A DNA stretch of 64,000 bases, taken from NCBI RefSeq assembly GCF_001949145.1, contig NW_019091357.1, forward strand, positions 124,001 through 188,000. The letters run 5' to 3'. The DNA is from Acanthaster planci (taxonomy: Eukaryota). Each line of letters starts with the position of its first letter. Within the stretch, counting starts at the first letter, position 1. This document shows positions 53,601 to 64,000 of this stretch, in pieces. The position numbers and the translations under genes were made by a program. Below the pieces are notes generated by a model. That model was not told the DNA's origin and made no database searches. It saw nothing but the letters and a program-made list of their open reading frames with translations.

Positions 53601-56600
53601 TCAGATAATTTTTAGGAAATTCAATCTGTTTCTCATGGGAGGAAAGGTTCTTGAACCTGATCAATTGCCATTAATCAGAGTTGTAACGACTGGAGTCAAT
53701 GATTCGACTCAAGTCTGGCACAATTTTTGGCAACTCAACTCGAGTTACCAGTGGGTAAATGACGTGATTCGAGTCTGCGACCAAACAACTCAACTCGGAT
53801 CTCTCAGGGAGACTCGACTTGAGTACAAGCTTATAAGGCTTGACTCTTACGCTGGGGGAGGGGGTGAATTGGTTGCATACGCTTTTAGAAACATGTTAAA
53901 AATGACGATTATCACAGACTGGCCAACTATCACCCCAACTATTGCATGTGCAGACAGTGCACAGGACTCTGATGCATCATTCATGCAAGTTTGGGCAATG
54001 GCTGTTTCTTAACCACTCGACGATTTTGCCTGGTGTCATGTACTGTATAAAAAGTACATACACAAGCAAAATTCACGTTTAAGTCATAGCCACATGTGAA
54101 ACAGTCTTCAAGCACCCCCAAAGCTCCACTATGCCATGCGTGCTATGAGGTTTGGTACCCACACACAACTGTATTTTACAGTTTATTTATTTACTCCATT
54201 TTCCTTGTGTGGAAAGGTGCCCAGCTAAATGCACAGCGTGCTTAATACTCACAAGTTTGTACCTGTACAACGATGCAAAAATTATTGTAACTGTATACTG
54301 TTTTCCACTTGTTATAAGCTTTTGTGAAGAGAACAAATCAAATCAAAAGTACATTTTCTGACTGCTATTCCTTGAAGCAAAAACAATCGGAAAACCGTGA
54401 ATATTGAGGCCTGTCATGGACATTATTTTTCCTCTTTGCACTATTTTCTGGTCGTCTACTGCACATTAACGGCCTTACATGGTGAATTGGAATGGGTCCT
54501 CTGGCACCACAGAGATATCATTTTATTTGGTACTCTTTTAGAGGCAGGAGGGGGCCAGGAAAAAAACTTTGTATGCTTGTGAAGATGACAAAAATGGATG
54601 ATCCCTTAGTGTAAATAAAAATACCAAAAAGTGACTTACATGTAGTTGTGTTTTATTGTACTTATTGTACTGTTCAAAAATTTGTGACTCAAATTGACTT
54701 GAGCTCAGTACTTGACAACACAAGTGACTCGACTTGACTCCTTGACCTAATGACTTGACTTGACTCACAGTGCTAAAATGACTTGACTAGAGTCACAAAA
54801 TTCAGTGACTCATTACAACACTGCCATTAATACATCTGAAGATTCTGAGTGACAATCACCTTTGTACTGTGTGTCCAATTCCTTCCCAGCATGTAATTGT
54901 CATGGCCACTCTGAAACCTGTTACTATGATGAGGACATAGATAGAGCTCATGAAAGCCTGGATATCCATGGTAACTATGAAGGAGGTGGAGTCTGCATTG
55001 GGTGCAGAGATGGCACAACAGGAAACAATTGTGAGAAGTGTATTGATGGAATGTACAGACCACTGGGCATAGAGACTAATGATCCACAGCCCTGTGTCCG
55101 TAAGTGTATTACAGAAAAATTATAGAATCCATGTAGTTTCAAACAGTGTGCCAATCTTTTCAAGAAATCACTTTTACTAAACAAAAACTTGTCTTGTGAT
55201 ATGTAAGCAGCTTATTGAACCATTTATATTCATCATTTTCTCACCAGGTTGTGATTGCAGTGCTGTTGGTACTCGCAGAGATGATACAACAAATAGGCTT
55301 CTTGTCTGTGCCAAGGATGAAAGCCGAATGTATGAGGATTTGGTTAGTAATTCCCGGTTCCCCCTCCTATCTAATCGTCCTCCCTCAGTAAAATGTCTTT
55401 CATCAGAAACCCTTACCTCAATTAAGACTTAAAAATTGGAACCCTAGAGTTTTTTAAAGCTTCATTTAATTTTCTGTGATGGTCAGACTACTAAGCATGG
55501 ATTTTCAGTTACTTGTTAGCATCTTTTCTGGTCCGCTGTTTGGAGCTCTTATGATATAGTCTTGCTCATCATTAATCTGTTGAGAGTTGAGGTATTAACC
55601 CTAACCCTCCTCAATCCTTCACCTGTTGGAGGACTGAGGAGTGTTAGGGATAAAGGTTTTTTCTTTTATACCTGTTATTTCCTTTTCTTTGGATAAGTGT
55701 CTACATCTATGACATTGTTTTCAATAACATTTCTCCAACAGAACCCTGGTGATTGTTTCTGCAAGCCAGGCTATGCTGGCCAGCGCTGCGACCAGTGTGC
55801 AAGAGGTTACTTTGGCTATCCTTACTGTCAGCCATGTCAATGTAACCTGGCAGGCAGTCGTAACCCAGATGCATGCCAAGGCCCATGTGAATGTAAAGTA
55901 AGTGAAGTATCCAGTAATAAATCAGTTAATTCCACACTGATTGGTTAGCCTGAGATCTTGAAGTATTGTATCTTCTTGTGAGCCATGATTAAAATTCTAA
56001 GAAAAAAGTCCCTTTAGGACCTACAAGATTTGGATACTTCAGTTCCTTAACAGTATCAGATTTGAAGATGAGAATCGACTTGTTGATTTTCATGTTTGCA
56101 GGAAAATGTGATAGGACCAAACTGTGACCAGTGTAAAGCTGGATTTTTCAACCTGAATGAGGAAGACGAGGCAGGTTGTAGTAGGTGCTTCTGTTTTGGC
56201 TTATCCACCATATGCGAGAGCATTCCTTGGGCTATTGATAAGGTATTTCTGATTATTGTTTTCTTTCTTAATGTAGGGTCTTGTGTGCTAATATTGGTAG
56301 ATATGTGCAAGTTGTAAATACAATTGTATGCATTTGTAGCATCTGTAAATATTTCCTTAGAGTGGCTTTCTGTTCCAGCTGGAGATTCAAAGGTTTCTCA
56401 AATATTGTACTTTGAGTTATTTCTTTCTCTGTAGTTTGGTGTTTTTCTCTCCACTTCACTTGTAACAGATCAGAGATATGAATGACTGGATCGTAACTAA
56501 CCAAGAAACTTCAGCCTACATACATCCTCGCATCGCTGGACCTAACATGATTGCCATCAACCATCAGGAGGCAAGGAAACAGCTACAAGCAGATAACTAT

Positions 56601-59600
56601 TTCTGGCGTGCTCCTCGACCTTATCTAGGAAACAAGGTATGTTCGGCCTTGGTTTGTGACCCCAATCAAGATCGCTGACTTGCTGAACTATTAAAGTGTT
56701 GTCTTCACACCCTGGAAGTAAAGAAAGTTTGATACGTATAGTGCTATGGATGCATTAATTTTCATTTTATGTTTAATGTGATTTTGATCGTAGCTCACTG
56801 CTTATGGCGGTAGACTTCAGTTTGCAGTGTCCTACAAAGATGAACCAGGCAGACAGGCAGACCCAACAACAGACATTGATGTCATCATGCAGGTAATATT
56901 CTTACTGAGTTGAACTCCAAAAAGTTGCAGTCATTATCTACCATTCTTCAAGCTGTATACAACGTTAACTTTGGCATCAGCAGATAAATATTTCCACTTT
57001 AATACTGACAAACTTGTGGTGGTGGGAATTATTTCATATGCAGCAAACAGCACTTTGGGGATTATTATTGTTAATCCATACTCGGCAACAGGTTGTCTTG
57101 ATCATTTCATATTTTGTGCCACCTGCATCTTAGGGTAATGGCATTACCATCTACAAAAATTCCCTGGTAGTCATGCCGGATACCAAAGAGACAGTGGTTA
57201 TAACAATGACAGAGCGTGGCTGGCACCGATTAGCCCATGACGCTGACCTAGGAGACAGATCACAAGATCAAACAGCTACTCAGGCTGACTTTATGTCCGT
57301 GCTGAGTGGGCTGGAGAAGTTGATGATACGTGCGGTGTATAGCTCACTTGTGGTGGAGTCAAGGTAAGAAAGAATATCAAAAAGAAAAATTCATATGAAA
57401 TTGGCTGAAAGAAGTGGACCATGATGAGGTAAGATTCTTAATCCCACAATCCAGTATACCATAACCCAGCAAATGGAGGTACCTGTATCTTGTTATCTAT
57501 TGATAACGACTTACAGTTAAGGAACAGGTGCATTAACAAGGCAGATTTAAATGTCTGGTTTTTTTTTCAGTACAAAAACAAACTTTGGAGACTCATTGAG
57601 TAATAAAGTAAAATAGCTTTCTTTTCTCTTTTCAAATTTCGAAGACTTAGTGATGTAAGTTTGGATGTAGCATCTGAAGAGGCTACTGACCCTGATGTCT
57701 TTTCAAGTATTGAGCAATGCGAGTGCCCAGCTTCATATGAAGGACTGTCATGTGAGGTAATAATGGGCTGATAATTCTTGGTAGAGGGATAGTTGGCCCC
57801 AAGCACCATACAATTAAATAAAATTTAGCCACTCGTATATCTACAGGGGCATTGTGGCTTCATTGACTAGCACTTAGAAGTTTCTACAGATTGAACTGAT
57901 CAAGAGTTCCTGGTGTCATGAAAAATTGAATCATGCTAGAGGTTGTAGTAAGTTTGGGTCTAGAGTTAAGGAGAAGATTTTGTCGGCATGAATGTACAGC
58001 AAGAAACCTATAAACTATATTACTCTTCTGAGGTTAAAAAGAGACTAATTTTGGCTATGAGTCTAGTTTTCAGATAAGTCTGCTTTCCCAGTAAAGTTAC
58101 ATTTTACAGAGTTTCCTTTTTCTGTTTCCGTTCCTAGTCATGTGAGATTGGATACCGGCGAGTTGATGGTATATTACTGAATGGTGTCTGTGAGCCATGT
58201 CAGTGCAACAATCATGCCACAGAATGTAGTGATTTCACTGCAGAGTGCTTTGTAAGTCCTTTTTAATGAAATCCTCTTTGATAGTAAAACTGAATAGATT
58301 TTTATTTTAATTGTTCTCACATGCATGCTTATCAGTTGTTATCTACTTGAGAAAGAACAGTTCTGGATTTTCTGAAGATCTGTACATTCATTTTGTTATT
58401 TGAAGTTGATTTACACGCCCTGACTGACAAATGTCTGTTTCATTTATTTTCAATGTTTGGTTTCCTCTGATTCTTCTGCAGTGTGAATGTATATTTGGTA
58501 CCTTGCTGTTTGCTGAATGTGAACATTTAGGCCTTACAATAATCAAACCTGTCAACAAGAGCTGGCACTTGACATAAAAGAACTCTGTTCAAACATGTGT
58601 CTGATAACTCAGTCATCGTAGATGACACTTTGCTCCAGAGACTTGAAAACCATGATAACAGTGGGATAATATTTGTACTAAGTACAGACACAACACAAAT
58701 AGTCAAGGGTGGGCATGGTGTGACTTTATGGCACTTGTAGTTAGGAATTTCATAAAATTTATAGCAGAAGGAATGACAGCACACTGACAGCATGTATTGA
58801 TTTTGACCCCAAATTTGAGGATATTCTCAAAACCGATTCTTTAGAGGCTTCTTTAGTTACATCTGACATCTGATGATGCCAGGGGTGCTGTAGGGTTAAA
58901 GGTTAAACTTTACTTAGTCCTTCCAACCCCAAATTACCACTTAAATTTGAAGAAAATACACCATAAAGTGATGTAATTAACGTAAAAGTTTGTTGAAATT
59001 CCCAACCCAAATCTGAAGCAAAGGTTTCAGAAGTGACTGTGGCTAGCAGATGTTTGTTACTTCTCTTTCAGGACTGCACTCACAATACCACAGGGCCCCA
59101 CTGTGAATTTTGTGCCATTGGTTTCTATGGCTACCCTGTGCAAGGCACCGTACATGACTGTCAGCCTTGTGCCTGCCCACACCTCACCCCAGAAAACAAG
59201 TAGGATTTATTGAATTAATTTGATTTGTTTCTTTACACTTTTTCCCCGGACGTTTCAAAGTAACATTTCAAGTATGCATCAGAGGGTAGTACAATCCGGA
59301 CAATTTCATAGAGACAGCTCACCTAGAAGACCAAGAACATACATATATTCAGCTTATTTGAACATCCTCTTGTAGGTAAAAAACAACTGTCATTACGGAA
59401 CATCTGCAGTTGTTGAAGGAATTCCTAGATCTTTCCTGCCTTTTTACACTTTTTTACTTTGCAGTTTAAAATTGCAATTCATTTTAGCTTTTGAACAGTA
59501 ATAACAACCGTCCCCGCTGGGTTGGTTTTTCTTGAATTGTTTAGTTTCAGTCCAACCTGTGTGTCTGATCCTGAATTTGGTTACATTTGTGACTCCTGCC

Positions 59601-62600
59601 CTACAGGCTTCACAGGCCCAAGATGTGAGCGGTAAGATGGTTGATGGCAGTGTCAGACTGGTCCATTTGACACTGTCAAAAAACCTTGGCCTACTTATTT
59701 CCTACCTATTTCTTCTTGCAGTTCCAAATGTGAAGCTTGTTCCTTTGTCAGACAATCTTTCAACTTATGTTTATGACTATTTATTTAGCAGATAAAACTA
59801 GACCAATGTTTCTGTTACAGCTTTTCATGACTAGCAGTTATAATCAATCACAGTACAAAGTACATAGGGCTTATAACCTTTCCCTCAGATGTGCTGATGG
59901 TTTCTATGGCAACCCACTGGAAGTTGGCGGTTACTGTCACCCTTGCACTACCCTTTGTAACAACAACATCAACCCTGGCATACCAGGGAGCTGCAACACA
60001 GTGACTGGGGAATGTTTGATCTGCATTGGTGACACATCAGGAGCTCAATGCCAGCATTGCAGGGATGGGTTCTTTGGAGATGCTGTTACTGCTAAGGATT
60101 GCCAAAGTGAGTCTTACAACAAAATTTTCAATCTAAATAAAATTTTTTGAGGACAAAAATGTATTCAGTGATGTTACCCTGGGCTTTTAAAAACTTTAAG
60201 AAGTGTTGAAGTATAAGAATTATTTCTTGAAATTTTTGGGAAATATAAGTGTTTAAGAAATATATTCCGAGTTTGAAAAACTACATGTTTCTCATGGGCA
60301 CTTCAACGGTCTAATCTCCATCCCTGTCTTCGACAGTGTGTCAGTGTGATGATGCTGGTGCCTTCTCATCTTTTTGTGATCGGAAAACTGGACAATGCGA
60401 GTGCAAACCCAACGTCATTGGTCTATCATGCAATCAGTGTGCTGTAAGTAAGATAAACTGCTTCAAGTCGTATCATCTTAAAGAGCAGCTTTTTAGAATC
60501 TTTCTGGTGCATCAATCAGTCTTTCGTTTGCTGTATGATATAAAAACATTTTTTCAATCCATTTTACAGCCTGGCTTTTGGAATCTGGAATCCAGACTTG
60601 GTTGCCAGGCATGTGACTGTGATCCTGTGGGCTCATTGGATGAACGTTGTGATGTCAATACTGGACTGTGTTACTGTAAGCTAGGAGTTACTGGGATGCA
60701 ATGCAATCAATGTGAGCTTGGATTCTGGATCTTCAGTGAAAATGGGTGCGAAGGTTAGTTCTCCTGTAAATCATGTTGTCATTGTTTAAGTTGAAGATTT
60801 TACTTCTTTTTCCTATTTGTGACTGTTAAATCCATCTGCATTTGGCAGGCTAAGAATTGACATCATGGCAGTGCAGATTTTCTCAGAATCAGTTCCAGCA
60901 GTCAATTTATTGAAGCCTGGAGAACCTCCAGTATTTTGGATTGCTCTGATACCTTATTTTATCCCATCCAGCTTGCGGTTGTGAAATCAGTGTATGGTGT
61001 AATCCTGTCAGTGGTAAATGCTCCTGTCCTCCAAATACTGTCGGCCTGAGATGTGAAAGCTGTGAAGATGATCACTGGGGCTATGACATTCATACTGGAT
61101 GCAAGGTATATGTTGCCTGAATGTTTTCATCAAAGCAAACCAAGGACACAACCTTAGTGGTATGCTGTAGGTTCAAGCCAAAGGAGAAAGTTGTCTAGAA
61201 TACACTTAAGTGGAAGCGGTTAGGCTGAATAGCATGACACAGGGGTCGCTGTCCACCTGTATATTCATGAGCATTTCATCCTTAGCAAGACATACAATGC
61301 AAAATGCAGTTTATTGGATAGAGATGAGTTTTTATGAGTGCTGATTGGGTCTCATCCATGCTTGATCATTAAAGTAAAACTATTACTTCAATCCTTTTTC
61401 TCTTTCTCAGCCTTGTAACTGCAGCCTGGAGGGATCCTTTAGATCTGATTGTGATGCAGTTACTGGACAATGCAGGTAAACATGGAGTCCAAGCTATATT
61501 TAGATTTCTTTTTCTCAAAGTTACAAGGTGGGAACCTCTATCATTGATGGAAATAAGTTTGATTTGTGAAATAGACGAGAATGTTGGTATCTATTGAACA
61601 AGCTTTACATTTCTATTTTTTGTACATTTTGTTTTGCATATTGCTAGCTGTAAAAGAAAGTTTGTTGGCCAGCAATGTGACCAATGTCCATTTGGTTACC
61701 GTGACTACCCAAAATGTAAACAATGCAAGTGTGATGAAGTTGGAACGGACCCTTCTTCCTGCCAGAATGGAATGTGTTCGTGTGCTGATGAGGATGCACA
61801 GTGTGTCTGCAAGGTAGACAATAAGACAATCATTAAAGAGCTTTTCTCTGATTTTATCTTTTCAAATAAATATGGAAGCATCCAAATCAAATGCAGTATC
61901 ATTTGTCTTCAGAGCTGAACTTTAACAAGCTTAAAAGGTTTTTTCTGTTCATGCCAACATGCAAATTCTGAATGTAGATCGCGTCATTCTGAGAAAACAG
62001 AGAAAACGACAGGAACCCTCACCCTGTGTTCGTAGTGGATAATCCCAGTGCATGCCAAATAATGCATGTAGCCATTGTTTGGCATGCCATACACAGGACG
62101 AGGGTTCCCCTCGTTGTCTCAGTTTTCTCAAAATGAAGTAATCTACATTCAGAATTCGCATCTTGGGATGAACAGGGAAAAACCCTTTTAAGCTTGTTAA
62201 AGTTGAGCTCTGAAGACAAATGACGCTGCATTTGATTTGGATGCTTCCATATTTATTTGAAAAGATAAAATCAGAGAAAATGTGTTGTCATTAGAGGTGC
62301 TCTTTAAAAACCTGAGTTTCCCTCCAGTTAAGCAATATTATGATTGTAAACTAGTTTAGAGCAGTTTTGCTAGAGAACAGCTGATTGAATTTTTATTGGG
62401 TAACTATCTTGTATTTTGAAAATTAATCTAACGTTTTAATATTTCCCCCTTTGTGAATAACTACAGGCATAAGCTCCATTGTAAACTTGCATGATTATTA
62501 TGGCCATTAATTTTGTGTAAAACTCACGCTCTGAGTGTTATTTCTTCAGGCCAATGTGAGGGGAAGGAAATGTGACAGATGCATCAATAACTCCTTCAGT

Positions 62601-63959
62601 CTGCAAGCAAATCTACCAGAAGGATGCACAAGTTGTTTCTGCTTTGGAATCACAGACAGTTGCAGACAGACTGACTTTGTCAGGAAAGAGGTAAGACCAT
62701 GGGATAATGGACCAAAAAAGTTCAGGGAAATAACACAGAATCCTGGTTAGTTAGAACGAATTCTGTCAATGCAACAGCTTTTCTTTTCATTTAATGAAGA
62801 AGGACTAATTTACTGACTACTCAAAACTTTTGAAAACTTCACTTCATCAACAGTTGCACCTGTCATCCAGAACCAATGACTTCTCTGTAAGTGATGGCTA
62901 CTACATTATACCAACACAGCGTGGTGTGACATTCACAACAGAACGTGTTGATCTTAATGCTACAGAGGCCTTCATAACCCTGGATGTAGAGGAGCTTTTC
63001 TGGAATCTTCCAGTTGCTTTTGTTGGAAATAAGGTAATGTTTTGAAGAGGCTTCTTGTGTCTTAGACTGATATTTCTAATTTGAAATGTCCTTATCTTAT
63101 ACAGAGGTTACTAAGATGTACTGCATCTTAAAAAATCCTTGAACAACTGCATTTTTGGGGTTGCTGATCCAAATCATGCTTCAGAACTTAAATTGCTCAC
63201 TCCTTCCATTCCGGTTTACCTGACAGGTGTCTTCATATGGTGGGATTCTGAGCTTTGTTGTGGCCTATCGACTGAATCCACCAGCCAACACACCTGTGGA
63301 ATCCACATTAGACATCAAAATTCTTGGTGTTCGCTATGCTGTCACCGTAGATTTGCCAGAGCCTTCCCCTGACACCAAACAAGCATTCAGTGTGAAACTA
63401 TTGGAGGTAAGTGCCTGGAGCAGTTGATTTGGAGGAGATGCTTTCATAACGAGGTCCAAAAATTCATCCTTGGTTGTTGATGAATTTATTGCAGCACAAC
63501 TTCCAGCTGCAGCCATCAGGTAGACAGCCAACCAAAGAAGAATTCATGATGGTGATACAAGACATCAAAGCAGTTCTTATCAGAGCAACGTACGGACCAG
63601 ACACAGTCTATGCACTGTGAGTATCCATCCAATTATAGTCATACACAGATTTGTCTACATGGTTTTTTCTGTCTATTTGTGCCAAATATTAATGTTATTG
63701 GGGCAAAGCAGCCTCACCCAGTGACCAGATTCAATCCATTGCTTTCCTTGAGAATTATACTGGATATTAACTATTTTATGAAGAGAGCATACGTGTTTTA
63801 TGTAGTTTTCATTGTCAGTGTTTGGATGTATCCCCTTGCAGCATTGATAGTGTGGTTCTAGAAACCGCAGGGCCAGCCAGAGGTGATATCAGTGGGGACC
63901 AAGCGATAGGAGTGGAAGAGTGTGATTGTCCTACTGGCTACACAGGACTTTCATGTGAG
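20630..63959 (+). CDS. LAMA1/2: Laminin subunit alpha, LAMA1/LAMA2 (wing blister)-type, 5' part, 28 exons; frameshift in exon 2 as given; continues beyond the window
   Basis: Exons 20630-20711 (signal peptide [24 protein letters not shown]), 43817-44110, 51110-51412, 51799-51912, 52945-53046, 53389-53506, 54890-55099, 55248-55342, 55742-55897, 56102-56242, 56469-56636, 56794-56892, 57134-57363, 57645-57756, 58138-58251, 59072-59199, 59545-59631, 59889-60106, 60337-60443, 60570-60753, 60972-61105, 61411-61475, 61648-61813, 62550-62690, 62854-63033, 63227-63406, 63495-63616, 63842-63959. LN domain ([44 protein letters not shown]), four LE repeats, L4, a further LE array and a second L4: the alpha1/2 architecture. 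Confidence 0.93.
30095..30376 (+). mobile_element. Possible 3' end remnant of a LINE (L2/CR1-like 3'UTR)
   Basis: T-rich tract, then GACCCCAAATGATCAGC..GCTGGATGGGTTACCC stem-like segment, AATAAA and an A-rich tail. No coding remnant seen. Confidence 0.35.
46593..46944. mobile_element. Palindromic MITE, PIF/Harbinger-like
   Basis: Ends ..CTCACACT and AGTGTGAAGAGGCC. Many CAACCC/GGGTTG subrepeats with inverted pairs AACTCAACCCTG/CAGGGTTGAGTT and TTTTCAACCCC/GGGGTTGAAAA. Left TIR is degenerate; superfamily is an inference. Confidence 0.6.
53676..54823. mobile_element. Non-autonomous hAT-type DNA transposon in laminin intron 6
   Basis: TIRs CAGAGTTGTAA ... TTACAACACTG; perfect 8-bp TSD CCATTAAT (53668-53675 and 54824-54831); GACTCGA/GACTTGA subterminal repeats at both ends; no transposase ORF. 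Confidence 0.9.
61837..62303. mobile_element. Foldback MITE with TTAA target site (Kolobok-like) in laminin intron 23
   Basis: TTAA|AGAGC ... GCTCT|TTAA. Arms of about 185 bp (61842-62028 and 62093-62280) are near-perfect inverted repeats; inner hairpin GCATGCCAAATAATG..CATTGTTTGGCATGC. The left arm lacks 18 bp present in the right. Confidence 0.85.
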
Positions 63960-64000
63960 GTAACTCTTCATTTGAATGTCATTCTTGAATCCTGCATTTC

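Noticed and set aside
53578..54012. 144-aa ORF in laminin intron 6
   Set aside because: Runs across the transposon terminus and repeats; no transposase motifs.
55596..55608. TAACCCTAACCCT telomere-like repeat
   Set aside because: Only two units; chance occurrence.
20630..63959. Laminin as a pseudogene or programmed-frameshift gene
   Set aside because: Only one lesion seen in 28 exons, splice sites are intact, and there is no slippery heptamer or stimulatory structure at the lesion.
1..64000. Prokaryotic systems (CRISPR arrays, operons), rRNA and tRNA genes
   Set aside because: The DNA is intron-rich animal sequence; no regularly spaced repeat-spacer array, tRNA or rRNA signature was seen.

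Overview
Animal (metazoan) genomic DNA: AT-rich, spliceosomal introns, CpG-poor gene bodies with CpG-rich promoter patches. It is probably a marine invertebrate, but the species cannot be determined from the sequence. Left to right: the 5' part of an unidentified minus-strand gene with an MGCSPS lipidation-type N-terminus; complete OARD1/TARG1 (-); complete PPP1R8/NIPP1 (-) head-to-head with complete TCEA/TFIIS (+); a 104-aa minus-strand ORF with a Dapper/DACT-like N-terminal coiled-coil motif; and the first 28 exons of a laminin alpha-1/2-type gene (+) with a 23-kb first intron, running off the right edge. All exon chains were traced by hand with consistent phases, with one exception: a frameshift inside laminin exon 2. 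Most interesting: (1) the mini-Dapper ORF, ending in a PDZ-ligand-like S-M-V; (2) a candidate H/ACA scaRNA in PPP1R8 intron 2; (3) TCEA combines a U12 AT-AC intron, a GC-AG intron and an in-frame duplicated donor; (4) the laminin frameshift; (5) several non-autonomous DNA transposons with TIRs and TSDs. Family assignments rest on my recall of reference proteins, not on database searches. Most other ORFs in the six-frame track are spurious.
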